Positions 40,324 through 52,153 of a DNA stretch of 60,725 nt are shown in pieces; the first letter of the stretch is position 1, and each line of letters starts with the position of its first letter. This DNA comes from Vicinamibacteria bacterium (GTDB lineage Bacteria; Acidobacteriota; Vicinamibacteria; Vicinamibacterales; CAVVIG01): assembly GCA_041485905.1 (NCBI GenBank), contig JBGPKK010000005.1, forward strand, positions 1 through 60,725. The letters run 5' to 3'. The notes beneath the pieces were generated by a model. The model did no database searches. It was given only the letters and a program-made list of their open reading frames with translations, and had not been told where the DNA came from. The translations under genes were made by a program, and so were the position numbers.

Positions 40324-41193
40324 ATGGCCGACATTCTTTGTGGGTACACCGCCGATCGGGACGAGACACTGATTGCGTACGTGTACGGCGAGATCGAGCC
40401 GGCACAGCGCGCGGCGTTCGATGCGCACATCGGCACGTGCGACCGTTGTCGGAAGGAGCTGGCCGACCTGCGCGGCGTGCGCGGGCGTCTCCAGGAGTGG
40501 ACCGCGCCGGCGATCGGATCGATCGCACGCGATGTCGCCCCTGTGGGCGGTATGGGCGGTGTCGGCCCCGGTCGGCCGCCCGCCCCGAGCGTCGGGCGCG
40601 CGGGCATCTGGGTGACGCTTGGCCAGGTTCCGGCGTGGGCGCAGGTGGCCGCTGCGTTACTCGTCCTCGGCGTATCGGCCGGCGTGGCCAATCTCGACGT
40701 CCGCTACGACCGGAGCGGTCTCAGCATTCACACCGGGTGGTCGCGAACGCCGGCGCGAGTCGAGTCGTCGGGTCCAGGCGGCGTGGCCGGGATTCAGACG
40801 GCCGACGCGAAGTCTGCGGCGACGCCCTGGCGCACCGATCTCAACGCGCTCGAACGCCGGTTGCGCACGGAGTTCCACGGGTCGGCTCCCTCTGGCGGCG
40901 CGGCGCTGATGGTGCGCGACGCCGGCAGCGCTCCCTCAATCGAGCCACAACTGCTTCGACGCGTGCGCGCCCTCGTCGACGACAGCGAGCGCAAGCAGCA
41001 AACCGAGCTGGCGCTGCGGATCGCCGAAGTCGTGCGCGAGTTCGACACGAAGCGGAAGACCGATCTGGCGAATATCGACTGGAACTTCAAAGCCATGCAG
41101 AGCAATACGAGCATGCGGGTGGCAACTGGGCAGCAATTGATGAGGGATTACATCGACGGCACGGTGGTCCCGATCATTTCCCGGCAAAAGTAG
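40324..41193 (+). CDS. zf-HC2 anti-sigma factor, single-pass membrane protein
   Basis: N-terminal HIGTCDRCRKEL zinc motif, one TM helix (WAQVAAALLVLGVSAGV), and position directly after the ECF sigma. Confidence 0.8.
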   Translation: MADILCGYTADRDETLIAYVYGEIEPAQRAAFDAHIGTCDRCRKELADLRGVRGRLQEWTAPAIGSIARDVAPVGGMGGVGPGRPPAPSVGRAGIWVTLGQVPAWAQVAAALLVLGVSAGVANLDVRYDRSGLSIHTGWSRTPARVESSGPGGVAGIQTADAKSAATPWRTDLNALERRLRTEFHGSAPSGGAALMVRDAGSAPSIEPQLLRRVRALVDDSERKQQTELALRIAEVVREFDTKRKTDLANIDWNFKAMQSNTSMRVATGQQLMRDYIDGTVVPIISRQK

Positions 41194-41213
41194 AAGGCAA
41201 CGAGAGCACTGTC

Positions 41214-42113
41214 ATGGGCGAACGGCAAGGGCTGAAGTCGGTAGCAGGGAGGTTGGGCGTGAGCGGCAGAGGTTCGGCGGTCATCGCGAGTCTGGCGCTC
41301 GTCGTGGCGGTTTCGCCGCTGGGGGCGCAGCAGGCGTCGGAGCAGTCGCGCGCCGTGGCGCGGCGGCAGAGCCAGCTGCTGCGGGAGCAGGCCGAGTCGC
41401 GCTATCAGATTGGCGTCATGGAACGGGTGCTCGAAGACGCCGTGGAACACGGCGCCAGCCTCTGGCGGGACCGGCTGCAGGTGGTCCTGCCGGCGCAGAC
41501 GCTGCTCCTCGACAACGCCCGCGTGATGGGGTACCGCCTCGAAGGGTACGGAATATTCTTCAACGTGGAAGTGCCCTCGCTCGAGACGACTATGACGTGG
41601 GCGGTGAGGACACTTGACCAGAACGATCTCGGACTGGACAACGCGCTCAAAGCGGTGAAGGCGCACATCCAGGCATCCGGCGACGCGAATCTCGAGCAGG
41701 CGTGGAGGCGCCTCGAGCTCCAGGTCGCTCCGCTCGGGAGTCCGAGCGGGACGCCGACCGGCACAGCCGCTGTTTCCGCTCTCACGTTGTCGGGATCGGC
41801 CGCGGCGGCGTCTGACGCGGCGCCGGAGCCGGCCGACCCGATTCTGAGCAATCCCGAAGAAGTCTTTCGCGCGGAAGTGGTGCAGTCGCTGATCGACAGC
41901 ATGCTCGATCACAGCGCCGCACTCGGCATCGGGAGTGACGAGTGGCTCACGATCGGCGCGCGCCGCAACGAGGTGCGCCCCAGAATCGGGCCGCTCGACA
42001 ACAAAGCGCCGACCTTCGTCATCCGCGTGCGCGGAGCCGACCTCACCGCCTTCCGCGCCGGAAAACTGTCGCGCGACGAGGCGATCAAGCACGTCGAGGT
42101 GAGAGTGTTCTAG
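41214..42113 (+). CDS. secreted hypothetical protein
   Basis: In-frame ATG 41214 inside a longer ORF. Signal-like AVIASLALVVAVSPLGAQQ. No family recognised. Confidence 0.6.
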   Translation: MGERQGLKSVAGRLGVSGRGSAVIASLALVVAVSPLGAQQASEQSRAVARRQSQLLREQAESRYQIGVMERVLEDAVEHGASLWRDRLQVVLPAQTLLLDNARVMGYRLEGYGIFFNVEVPSLETTMTWAVRTLDQNDLGLDNALKAVKAHIQASGDANLEQAWRRLELQVAPLGSPSGTPTGTAAVSALTLSGSAAAASDAAPEPADPILSNPEEVFRAEVVQSLIDSMLDHSAALGIGSDEWLTIGARRNEVRPRIGPLDNKAPTFVIRVRGADLTAFRAGKLSRDEAIKHVEVRVF

Positions 42114-42122
42114 AATACGCGC

Positions 42123-42605
42123 ATGCGCGCGTGCGGCGGGTTGATCCTCCTCTCATTCATCGTCTGCGCCGGCTGCGATACACCCGTCGATCTCGTCTCG
42201 GGCCTGCAGGTCCAGAACGTCTCCACCGGTTGGTTCGACGCCGGCATCGTCAACGGCCAGAACAAGCTCGTCCCTTCCATTGCGTTCACGCTGAAGAACG
42301 TCTCCGATCAACATCTGATCGCGTTGCAGGTCAACGCGATATTCAGGCGCGTCACCGAAAAAACCGAATGGAGCACCAGGTTCCTCACGGTGACCCGATC
42401 GCCGGGGCTGGCGCCCGGCGCGACGACCGAGCCGCTGATCATCCGCTCGCCGCTCGGCTATACCGGCAGCGACCAAACGCGCGAGGATATGCTGGGGAAC
42501 AGCCACTTCGTCGACGCCGAGGTCGAGCTATTCGCCAAGTACGGGTCGGTTCAGTGGAAACGGATCGGCGCGTATCCGGTCGCACGCACGCTCATCACCA
42601 AATGA
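42123..42605 (+). CDS. hypothetical lipoprotein
   Basis: Lipobox LLSFIVCAGC. Beta-rich sequence. Confidence 0.65.
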   Translation: MRACGGLILLSFIVCAGCDTPVDLVSGLQVQNVSTGWFDAGIVNGQNKLVPSIAFTLKNVSDQHLIALQVNAIFRRVTEKTEWSTRFLTVTRSPGLAPGATTEPLIIRSPLGYTGSDQTREDMLGNSHFVDAEVELFAKYGSVQWKRIGAYPVARTLITK

Positions 42606-42615
42606 ACAGATCCTC

Positions 42616-44010
42616 GTGACGCTCCCTTCACCCACCTCGCTCGACCGGCGCCTCGGGCCGCTCGACGCGTCGGCGATCGTCATCTCCAATGTCATCGGCG
42701 TCGGCATCTTCACCACGCCCGGCGTCGTCGCCGAGATGCTGCCGAGCAGCGCGGCGATGCTGACGGTCTGGGCGATCGGCGGCGCGCTGGCGTTCGCCGG
42801 CGCGCTGGCGTACGCAGAGCTCGCCGCGTGGCGGCCGCAGGCGGGCGGCGAATACGTGTACCTGCGCGAGAGCTTCGGCGGGCTCGCTGCGTTCCTGACC
42901 GGCTGGACGTCGTTTGTCGCCGGCTTCAGCGGCGCGATTGCCTTCGGCGCGGTCGCCGTGGCCGGGTACCTCGATCGTTTCGTGCCGGGAGCCGGGAATG
43001 CCACGGTCATCGCGGGGTGGAGTGTCGGGCCGTTCGGCGTGGTCGTGTCGACGCGCGCGCTGGTCGCAGTCGCGATCATCGTGGCGTTGGCGCTCATCCA
43101 GGCTCGCGGTGTCAAACCGGGGCGGGTGCTGCAGAACTCGCTGACGACCGTCACCGTCGGCGCGCTGGTCGCCTTCGTGATTGCGGGCTTCATCGTGGCG
43201 CCCGCGCCTCAGGCGGCCGCCCTCGTCAGTCGGCCCGTGCCCGCGGCGGCGTGGCTCATAGCGCTCGTGCCCGTCATGTTCAGTTACACGGGTTGGAACG
43301 CGGCAGTGTACGTCGCCGAGGAAGTGCGCAACCCGACGCGGAACGTGCCGTTTGCGCTCGCGCTGGGCACCGCCGCTGTCATTGCGCTGTACATGTCGTT
43401 GAACGCGCTGTACCTCCGGGTGGTGCCGCGTGAAGAGCTGGTGGGCGCGATCGGCGTGGGCGAACTGGCGGCCGGCCGATTGTTCGGATCGGCGGCGGCG
43501 GCGATGTTCGCCGCGCTCGCGATTCTGATCATCCTGAGCAGCCTGAGCGCCTGGACGCTTGCTGGTCCGCGTATCTACTTCGCCATGGCGCGCGACGGCG
43601 TGTTCTTCTCCTCGGCAGCTCGCGTGCACCCGCACTACCGCACGCCGGCGATCGCGATTCTCGCGCAGACGATCTGGAGCGCGCTGCTGGTCCTGTCTGG
43701 CACCTTCGAGCAGTTGCTGACCTACACCGGGTTTTCCGTGATTCTGTTTTCCGCGCTCGCCGTCCTCTCGCTGTTCTTCATGAGGATCCGCGGAAAAGAC
43801 ACCGACACGTTTCGCGCGTGGGGATATCCGTGGGCGCCGGCGATTTTCTGTCTCGTGAGCTTTGCGATTGTGATCAACACGATCGTCAACGCGCCGGGTC
43901 CGGCGTTTGCCGGTCTGGGCGTGATGGCGGCCGGCGTGCCGATCTACTGGTGGACGAAGGGACGCAACGGCCGGCTCGGCGCAGCGAAGCCCTCAGCCCT
44001 CACGCCTTAG
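42616..44010 (+). CDS. APC-family amino acid permease
   Basis: Twelve hydrophobic segments, GVGIFTTPG, YTGWNAAVYVAEEVRNPTRNVP. GTG start. Confidence 0.88.
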   Translation: MTLPSPTSLDRRLGPLDASAIVISNVIGVGIFTTPGVVAEMLPSSAAMLTVWAIGGALAFAGALAYAELAAWRPQAGGEYVYLRESFGGLAAFLTGWTSFVAGFSGAIAFGAVAVAGYLDRFVPGAGNATVIAGWSVGPFGVVVSTRALVAVAIIVALALIQARGVKPGRVLQNSLTTVTVGALVAFVIAGFIVAPAPQAAALVSRPVPAAAWLIALVPVMFSYTGWNAAVYVAEEVRNPTRNVPFALALGTAAVIALYMSLNALYLRVVPREELVGAIGVGELAAGRLFGSAAAAMFAALAILIILSSLSAWTLAGPRIYFAMARDGVFFSSAARVHPHYRTPAIAILAQTIWSALLVLSGTFEQLLTYTGFSVILFSALAVLSLFFMRIRGKDTDTFRAWGYPWAPAIFCLVSFAIVINTIVNAPGPAFAGLGVMAAGVPIYWWTKGRNGRLGAAKPSALTP

Positions 44011-44374
44011 CCGTCGAGAGCAGCGCCCAGAGCGTCACGAGCGCCAGCAGGCCATCGCTCGCCGCAAATAATAGAAATGATCGGGGCGAGTGCCGGACGA
44101 CGTGATCGAGCGCGAACGCCGCTGCGCCCGCTCCTTTCAGCCACGGTCCCATCACCCACAGATACCCGCGTCCCCGATCGGGGTCGCGAAACGGAATGAG
44201 ATAGCCCGCTGCAATCGCAAGCAGGAAGATCCCGTTCAAATCGGCGTGAATCGGAGGATCGGGAAGCGGCACGTCGAATAGGCGCGCGAGCAGCGGTCGT
44301 GCCAGCACCATCGCTGCGCCGACGGCAGCGTCGTAGACGCCGGACACGGCGGCGATGACGCGAAGCCTGTTCAT
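44000..44374 (-). CDS. hypothetical membrane protein
   Basis: Four hydrophobic helices. No family recognised. Confidence 0.6.
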   Translation of the reverse strand: MNRLRVIAAVSGVYDAAVGAAMVLARPLLARLFDVPLPDPPIHADLNGIFLLAIAAGYLIPFRDPDRGRGYLWVMGPWLKGAGAAAFALDHVVRHSPRSFLLFAASDGLLALVTLWALLSTAKA

Positions 44375-44377
44375 TGG

Positions 44378-44448
44378 AAATGCACGATGCCGAATGCAGA
44401 ATGCTGAATCAGTTCAGCGGTCACATTGTGCATCATGCATTTTGCATT
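44378..44448. repeat. AT-rich AATGCA word-repeat hairpin
   Basis: Inner perfect hairpin GCTGAA TCAG TTCAGC (44403-44418). The outer arms pair at 18 of 24 positions. Overlaps the stop of the PEGA gene. Confidence 0.65.
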
Positions 44449-45298
44449 ACGGGATCTTCCTCATCTCCCCGTGATAGGTGATCGTCTCGTCGGGCTCGAT
44501 CCGAACGTCGAAGGTCAGCGCTTCGTACTTCTGCGCGCGGATTTCAACGCGGTGCGGGCCCGAGTCGAGATGCAGCCGCTGAAACACGCCATCGAAATCG
44601 TCGACGACCCCGACGTAATAGCCGTCGACGTACACCGATGCTTCCCGCGGTTTCACCTTGATCCGAATCGCGCCCTCGAGGTCTCCGCGCTGCACCGGAT
44701 AGTACGAGGAGCCGCCATACCCGGGATAACCACCGTACCCGGAATATCCGCCAAAGGGATCGAACGGATCGTAGTAGCCGCCATAGTACCCACCGTAGTA
44801 CCCGCCCAGGCCGAGGCCGCCGTATCCCCACGGATAGAATCCGTAGCCGCCCGGGACGATGATCACGCCGCCGCCGCCAGTTCGCACGGGCACGGATCCG
44901 CGAGGCACCGCGGTGCCGACGATCGGCTGCTGACCGTCACGCGGCCGCCGGCGAACCGCCCCCGAGTCTCCGCTTGCCGTCGCGGTCGCGGTCTCGGTAC
45001 CCGAACTGCGCCCGACCGCCGATCCGCCGCTCGAACCTGGTTCTGAACCGCCGGTCGCCCGCGATCCGCCGTCTCGGGGAACCGCCGTGCCACTGGGCGT
45101 GCCACGTTCAGTTCGGCCACCGCCAGAAGACACCGGGGGAGGCGCAGACGGAGCGGGTGCAGGCGCAGACTGAGCGGGTGCGGGCGCCGGTGCCGACGAG
45201 CCGCCGGCGCGTTCGCCGCGATCCTGCGCTGTTGCAGAGTCCGGCGCGATAAGGAGGGCCACAGCCACGCCCAACGCTGCCGAAAGAAGTGGTTTCAT
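44447..45298 (-). CDS. secreted PEGA-domain protein with Gly/Tyr-rich region
   Basis: Signal peptide from ATG 45298. GGYYGGYYGGYYDPFDPFGGYSGYGGYPGYGG tract. C-terminal PEGA-like IRIKVKPREASVYVDGYYVG. Confidence 0.8.
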   Translation of the reverse strand: MKPLLSAALGVAVALLIAPDSATAQDRGERAGGSSAPAPAPAQSAPAPAPSAPPPVSSGGGRTERGTPSGTAVPRDGGSRATGGSEPGSSGGSAVGRSSGTETATATASGDSGAVRRRPRDGQQPIVGTAVPRGSVPVRTGGGGVIIVPGGYGFYPWGYGGLGLGGYYGGYYGGYYDPFDPFGGYSGYGGYPGYGGSSYYPVQRGDLEGAIRIKVKPREASVYVDGYYVGVVDDFDGVFQRLHLDSGPHRVEIRAQKYEALTFDVRIEPDETITYHGEMRKIP

Positions 45299-45427
45299 AA
45301 GAGCCTCCCGAGCAACTCGACTGCCAATTGAGACCTCGGTGATCACCTTATTATGCCGCCAAACCGGGAATCCAGCGCGCTCACCCACACGTGTGTCCCC
45401 CGCCGAGTGCACGCGCGTCCCGTTTTC

Positions 45428-45456
45428 TTGACACCTCGATCCGCGGCCGATAGAGT
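45428..45456 (+). promoter_or_regulatory. candidate sigma-70 promoter of hslVU
   Basis: TTGACA (45428-45433), 17 nt, TAGAGT (45451-45456). The ATG at 45469 implies a very short leader. Confidence 0.5.
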
Positions 45457-45468
45457 CAGAAAAAGTCG

Positions 45469-45996
45469 ATGATTCACAGCACAACGATACTGGCGGTGCG
45501 CCACCGCGACCGCGCCGTCATGGCCGGCGACGGCCAGGTCACCTTCGGGCAAACCGTCGTAAAGCAGAACGCCCGCAAGATTCGACGGCTGTACAACGAC
45601 AAGATCCTCGCGGGATTTGCCGGGTCGGCCGCCGATTCCTTCGCGCTGTTTTCGCGCTTCGAGTCCAAGCTGGAGCAGTACCGCGGCAACATCGAGCGAT
45701 CCGCGGTGGAGCTCGCCAAGGACTGGCGCACCGATCGCGTCCTGCGTCGCCTCGAAGCGATGCTCATCGTCCTGGACAAGACCACGACGTTTCTGCTGTC
45801 GGGCAATGGCGATCTCATCGAGCCCGACGATGGGATTGTGGCGATTGGATCGGGCGGCCCGTACGCGCTGGCGGCTGCCAAGGCGCTGGCCAACAACACC
45901 GACCTCGACGCCCGCGCCATCGCCGAGAAGGCGATGACGATCGCCGGAGAGATCTGCATTTACACCAACGCGATCCTGTCTCTGGAAGAATTGTAA
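45469..45996 (+). CDS. hslV: ATP-dependent protease subunit HslV
   Basis: [12 protein letters not shown] (Thr nucleophile after Met), [10 protein letters not shown]. Confidence 0.96.
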   Translation: MIHSTTILAVRHRDRAVMAGDGQVTFGQTVVKQNARKIRRLYNDKILAGFAGSAADSFALFSRFESKLEQYRGNIERSAVELAKDWRTDRVLRRLEAMLIVLDKTTTFLLSGNGDLIEPDDGIVAIGSGGPYALAAAKALANNTDLDARAIAEKAMTIAGEICIYTNAILSLEEL

Positions 45997-45998
45997 GA

Positions 45999-47384
<1,386 letters not shown>

Positions 47385-47416
47385 GGTGGTGGAGAGCTTC
47401 AACCTGCGGGCTCGTC

Positions 47417-48661
47417 ATGTCCGCTGTGCTGCTGATCGCGTGCGGAAAAAAGGGACCACCGCTTCCGCCGCTCGTGAAGGTGCCCGCGCCGCCCTCAGAC
47501 TTCAGCGTGGAGCGCCGTGGCGCCGACGTCCGGCTGCAGTTCACGGTGCCGGCGGCCAACGCCGACGGCACGAGGCCGGCCAACATCGAGCGCGTCGACG
47601 TCTACGGCTTCACCGGGCCCTTTACCGCCACCGACGATCAATTGATGAAGCTTGGGACCAGGCTGGCCAGCCTGCCGGTCAAGGCGCCCCGCAATCCCGA
47701 CGCGACGACCGAGGCCGACGAGCCGCCGGAGGAACCGGAGCTTGGGAAGGAAGGGCTCGACCAGGGCGCCGTCGCCGAGCTCGAGGACCCGCTGACGCCG
47801 GCCGCGTTCCAGCCGATCGAGCTGCCCAAAGATCGACGCAAGACGCCCGCCGCCGGCGCCGTGGCCGCGGCGCCTATCCTCGTCGGCCCGCCAGCCTCCG
47901 TGCCGTGGCGAATCTACATGTTGTTCGGCCTCAACAAAAGCGGTCGCAAAGGGCCGTCCTCGAAACGGCTGATTGTCCCGCTTGTGCCCGCGCCTTCCGC
48001 GCCGCCGTCACCGCAGATCGCGTACGACGAGAACACCATCACCGTCACGTGGACGCCCTCACCGTCGGCCGCGCTCGTCCAGCCGCCGGCCACCGGCGAT
48101 CTCCTTCCGGCGCGGTTCATCGGGATGGAGACGCCGACGTACGGCTATTACGTCTACGACGTCTCACCGCCGGGAGCCGCCGAGACCGCGAAGACCACAA
48201 CGCCGGCGCTTGCCGCCGAGAAGCGGCTGACGAACGAGCCGCTCTCCGGGGCGCGATACGCCGACGCTCGAATGACATGGGGCGCGACGCGCTGTTACAC
48301 GGTGCGCACGCTCGAGACGATCACCGGGTTGAAGCTCGAGAGCGACGCGCCTCCACCGGTGTGCGTCACGCTCAAGGACACGTTTGCGCCGGTCGCCCCC
48401 AAGAGCGTGAGCGCGGTCGCATCCGAAGGCGCCATCAGCCTGATCTGGGATCCGAACAACGAAAAGGACCTGGCGGGGTACGTGGTGCTTCGCGGCACGA
48501 GTCCCGACAAGCTCGACCCGATCACGCCCGCGCCCATCCCGGACACAACCTTTACCGATACCGTCCGGGCGGGCGTGGCGTACCAGTACGCGGTCCAGGC
48601 CGTCGACAAAGCCGGCAACATCAGCCGGCGATCGACTACGGTTGCGGCCACCGCGCGGTAG
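47417..48661 (+). CDS. lipoprotein with Fn3-like domains
   Basis: Lipobox [14 protein letters not shown] from ATG 47417. Fn3-like segments ([34 protein letters not shown]). Confidence 0.72.
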   Translation: MSAVLLIACGKKGPPLPPLVKVPAPPSDFSVERRGADVRLQFTVPAANADGTRPANIERVDVYGFTGPFTATDDQLMKLGTRLASLPVKAPRNPDATTEADEPPEEPELGKEGLDQGAVAELEDPLTPAAFQPIELPKDRRKTPAAGAVAAAPILVGPPASVPWRIYMLFGLNKSGRKGPSSKRLIVPLVPAPSAPPSPQIAYDENTITVTWTPSPSAALVQPPATGDLLPARFIGMETPTYGYYVYDVSPPGAAETAKTTTPALAAEKRLTNEPLSGARYADARMTWGATRCYTVRTLETITGLKLESDAPPPVCVTLKDTFAPVAPKSVSAVASEGAISLIWDPNNEKDLAGYVVLRGTSPDKLDPITPAPIPDTTFTDTVRAGVAYQYAVQAVDKAGNISRRSTTVAATAR

Positions 48662-48689
48662 TCTACAATCTGCCATTTCAGGAGCCTGT

Positions 48690-49343
48690 ATGAAGCTATT
48701 CGTCGACACCGGCAGTATCAAGGACATCGAGGCGATTGCCTCGCTCGGCATCCTCGACGGCGTGACGACCAATCCGTCGCTGCTGGCGAAAGAGCCGGGC
48801 GACTTCCGCCAGAACCTCAAGAAGATCTGCGACATCGTGAAGGGCCCGGTCAGCGGCGAGGTGACGGCGACCGACTTCGCGGGCATGATGCGCGAGGGTC
48901 ACGACATTGCGACGATCGACGATCACATGGTCGTGAAAGTGCCGCTCACGCGCGATGGCATCAAGGCCTGCAAGGCGCTCTCGGACGAACGGATCCGCGT
49001 CAACGTGACGCTGTGTTTTTCACCGGCCCAGGCGCTGCTCGCGGCCAAAGCGGGCGCGACGTTCGTGAGCCCCTTCGTCGGCCGTCTCGACGACATCGCC
49101 ACCAACGGGATGGACCTGATCCGGGAGATCCTTCAGATCTACGGCAACTACGACTTCACGACCGAAGTGCTCGTCGCCAGTTGCCGGCATCCCATGCACG
49201 TCGTCGAAGCCGCGCGGCTGGGCGCACACATCGCCACGTGTCCGCCGTCGGTCATTGAAGCGCTGTTCAACCATCCCCTGACCACGATCGGCCTGGCGAA
49301 GTTCCTGCAGGATTGGGAAAAGGCGCAAGCGGTGAAAGCATGA
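48690..49343 (+). CDS. tal: transaldolase / fructose-6-phosphate aldolase (short class)
   Basis: [30 protein letters not shown]. 217 aa. AGGAG precedes ATG 48690. Confidence 0.92.
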   Translation: MKLFVDTGSIKDIEAIASLGILDGVTTNPSLLAKEPGDFRQNLKKICDIVKGPVSGEVTATDFAGMMREGHDIATIDDHMVVKVPLTRDGIKACKALSDERIRVNVTLCFSPAQALLAAKAGATFVSPFVGRLDDIATNGMDLIREILQIYGNYDFTTEVLVASCRHPMHVVEAARLGAHIATCPPSVIEALFNHPLTTIGLAKFLQDWEKAQAVKA

Positions 49344-49420
49344 GGAGGCTGGAGGCTGGGGGCTGGGGTCTAGAGACGCCCGCTGTTCTACCAGCCTCCA
49401 GGCCCTAGCCTCTAGCCTCC
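49342..49420. repeat. GGAGGCTG word-repeat hairpin
   Basis: GAGGAGGCTGGAGGCTGGGGGCTGGGG ... CCAGCCTCCAGGCCCTAGCCTCTAGCCTCC. Contains the 17-mer shared with 22681-22697. Confidence 0.8.
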
Positions 49421-49422
49421 AT

Positions 49423-50964
49423 ATGGATCCCAATCACATGCTGGAAGACCTGGAGCGCCGTGCGGAGCTGGGCGGCGGCGAGGCGCGCCTTGAGAAACAA
49501 CACGCCGCCGGGAAGCTCACCGCGCGCGAGCGCATCGATCTGCTGTTCGATCCGGCGACCTTCGAAGAAGTCGACAAGCTGGTCACCCACCGCTGCCGCG
49601 ACTTCGGCATGGACGAACAGATCGTGCCCGGTGACGGCGTGGTTGCCGGCCACGGCCTGATCGACGGCCGCCAGGTGTTTGCCTTCGCGCAGGACTTCAC
49701 CGTCTTCGGCGGATCGCTGTCGGAAACCAACGCGGCGAAGATCGTGAAGATCATGGATCTGGCGATGAAGCTGGGATCGCCGATCGTCGGGCTGAACGAT
49801 TCGGGCGGCGCGCGGATTCAGGAAGGCGTCTTCTCGCTCGGCGGCTACGCCGACATTTTCCTGCGCAACACGCTGGCGTCGGGGGTCGTGCCGCAGATTT
49901 CCGCCATCATGGGCCCGTGCGCCGGCGGTGCGGTCTACTCGCCTGCGATCACCGACTTCACGCTCATGGTGAAGAATACCAGCTACATGTTCGTGACCGG
50001 ACCCGACGTCATCAGGACCGTCACCAACGAGGAGGTGACCAAGGAGCAGCTCGGCGGCGCCATGACCCACAATCAGGAGAGCGGCGTCGCGCACTTCGCC
50101 GCCGCCGACGATCGCGAGTGCCTGCTGCTGATCCGTGAGCTGCTCGGATATCTGCCCAGCAACAACCTCGACGATCCGCCGCGACGCGCGAGCGACGATT
50201 CGCCGGAGCGGGAAGACCCGTCGCTCGACGCCCTTGTGCCCGCGGCGCCCAATCAGCCGTACGACATGCTCGACGTCATCCACGCCATCGTCGACGCCGC
50301 CAACTTCCTCGAAGTGCATCAGCATTACGCGAAGAACATGATCGTCGGGTTCGCGCGGCTCGACGGCCGCCCGATTGGCGTGGTCGCCAACCAGCCGGCG
50401 GTGCTCGCCGGCACGCTCGATATCGATGCGTCGATCAAAGCCGCCCGCTTCGTGCGCTTCTGCGACGCGTTCAACATCCCGCTCGTGACGTTCGTTGACG
50501 TGCCCGGCTTTCTCCCGGGCACGGTGCAGGAATACGGCGGGATCATCAAGCACGGAGCGAAGCTGCTCTTCGCCTTCGCCGAAGCCACGGTGCCGAAGGT
50601 GACCGTGATTACGCGCAAGGCGTACGGCGGCGCGTACTGCGTGATGTCGAGCAAGCACATCCGCACTGATTTCAATTACGCGTGGCCGACCGCCGAGATC
50701 GCGGTGATGGGACCGGAAGGCGCCGTGAACATTCTCTACAGGCGCGAGATCGACAACGCGGCCGACCCCTCGCGCGTGCGCGCCGAGAAGGTCGACGAGT
50801 TCCGTGAGAAGTTCGCGAACCCCTACATCGCCGCCTCGCGCGGGTTTCTCGACGAGGTCATTCACCCCCGCGAAACGCGCCGCAAGCTGATCACTGCCCT
50901 GCGCAACCTCGAGAACAAGCGCGACAAGAACCCACCCAAGAAGCACGGAAACATTCCGCTTTAG
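49423..50964 (+). CDS. pccB: acyl-CoA carboxylase carboxyltransferase (beta) subunit
   Basis: 513 aa with the two-domain carboxyltransferase pattern ([19 protein letters not shown]). Substrate specificity is not determinable by eye. Confidence 0.9.
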   Translation: MDPNHMLEDLERRAELGGGEARLEKQHAAGKLTARERIDLLFDPATFEEVDKLVTHRCRDFGMDEQIVPGDGVVAGHGLIDGRQVFAFAQDFTVFGGSLSETNAAKIVKIMDLAMKLGSPIVGLNDSGGARIQEGVFSLGGYADIFLRNTLASGVVPQISAIMGPCAGGAVYSPAITDFTLMVKNTSYMFVTGPDVIRTVTNEEVTKEQLGGAMTHNQESGVAHFAAADDRECLLLIRELLGYLPSNNLDDPPRRASDDSPEREDPSLDALVPAAPNQPYDMLDVIHAIVDAANFLEVHQHYAKNMIVGFARLDGRPIGVVANQPAVLAGTLDIDASIKAARFVRFCDAFNIPLVTFVDVPGFLPGTVQEYGGIIKHGAKLLFAFAEATVPKVTVITRKAYGGAYCVMSSKHIRTDFNYAWPTAEIAVMGPEGAVNILYRREIDNAADPSRVRAEKVDEFREKFANPYIAASRGFLDEVIHPRETRRKLITALRNLENKRDKNPPKKHGNIPL

Positions 50965-50972
50965 AGAATTGG

Positions 50973-51009
50973 GTCATCGGGTATTCGAGTAATGTCATTG
51001 GGTAGTCGA
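50973..51009. repeat. direct repeat, two copies with 21-nt period
   Basis: GTCATCGGGTATTCGA (50973-50988) and GTCATTGGGTAGTCGA (50994-51009), 14 of 16 identical. Lies at the left edge of the AT-richer islet. Confidence 0.6.
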
Positions 51010-51371
51010 AAAGCGCCATCCTGAGAACTCGCCCTGTCAACGCGCGTACGTCGGAAGATGGCCACTCCGGTGCATGCACGTGATCCAAAACGGTTCGGTC
51101 GTACGTTGGACGGGTCAGCAAGGCAATCGCCGTAAAAAGAATCAATTGAGGCGCACGAATGAGACCCTTGACTCGTGTAATAGCGCCCAGCCCGATCAGC
51201 ACATTCCAGCGAAGTGCAAGGAGATTGTTTTAGCCGCAATCTTGGACGAGCCAGAGGAATCCGAGGTGGCGAGGATCATCAGCGCAATCGCGGATACTAA
51301 TCACGCGCGCCGTCGGCTCCAGTTGATGTTAGGCAACGTACCGCGACATATAAATAGGTGTATACTCTACC

Positions 51372-51722
51372 ATGATCGAGAAGCCGCTCGCCTGGCTCGG
51401 ATCGTCGCTCCAGGACGTGCGCGCGTTTCCGGCCGAAGCCAGACGAGCCGCCGGATACCAACTGGGGCGGGTGCAGCAAGGCCTCATGCCCGATGATTGG
51501 AAGCCGATGACGACGGTCGGCGCCGGTGTGTACGAGATCCGGATACACACCCAGCTCGAACACCGCGTGTTTTATGTCGCGAAGTACGAAGACGCCGTCT
51601 ACGTCATCCATGCGTTCGAGAAGCGCACGCCCCAGACCAAAGAGGCCGACGTCGCCTTGGCGCGCAAGCGCCTCGCCGATTTCCTCCGTCTCGGAGGGCA
51701 GAAGAAGAAGGAGGCTCGGTGA
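51372..51722 (+). CDS. higB: RelE/ParE-superfamily toxin (Gp49/HigB-like)
   Basis: VYEIRIHTQLEHRVFYV and AVYVIHAFEKRTPQT. Toxin-first gene order. Confidence 0.78.
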   Translation: MIEKPLAWLGSSLQDVRAFPAEARRAAGYQLGRVQQGLMPDDWKPMTTVGAGVYEIRIHTQLEHRVFYVAKYEDAVYVIHAFEKRTPQTKEADVALARKRLADFLRLGGQKKKEAR

Positions 51723-52018
51723 CAGTCAAAGTTCGACGCTCCACTGGTAACGTATTTCGCGACCTCGGATTCTCCAAGGATGAGGCTGAGAATCTCAAGA
51801 TCCGGACAGATCTGATGATCCGGCTCAGCAAGGTGATTGAGACCCGGCGGCTCACACAAGCTCAGGCTGCAAGCCTGTTTGGAGTGACCCAGCCAAGAGT
51901 CAGCGACCTTGTCCGAGGAAAGATCGACCGCTTCAGCATCGATACGCTGGTCGCTATGCTTGGCCACGCCGGTGTCCGAGTTCAGGTCGTCGTCGGTCGC
52001 AGATCGAAAGTTGCCTAA
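51719..52018 (+). CDS. higA: XRE-family HTH antitoxin (HigA-like)
   Basis: LTQAQAASLFGVTQPRVSDLVRGK HTH. GTG 51719 overlaps the toxin stop (GTGA). AAGGAGG lies upstream. Confidence 0.75.
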   Translation: MTVKVRRSTGNVFRDLGFSKDEAENLKIRTDLMIRLSKVIETRRLTQAQAASLFGVTQPRVSDLVRGKIDRFSIDTLVAMLGHAGVRVQVVVGRRSKVA

Positions 52019-52153
52019 CTATTAGTAGACCGCGAGTCCACGGGTAAACCCGAGCTCGTCGAGCCGTCGTCCACTCTCGTAATCCGCAGAAGCGCGTGAT
52101 CCGCTTCGCAGACTGCAATTTCTGCGATTCCGAAGTGTCTCTACGTTTGAAAA

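Noticed and set aside
40338-41213. First 292 aa of the 591-aa ORF 40338..42113
   Set aside because: This part overlaps the zf-HC2 anti-sigma gene out of frame and is Arg-rich. The real product starts at ATG 41214 with a signal-like segment.
51074-51496. 140-aa + strand ORF and two minus-strand ORFs (92 and 103 aa) in the left part of the AT-richer islet
   Set aside because: They overlap one another, have no motifs, and one runs into the toxin gene out of frame. I treat this stretch as non-coding or degraded.
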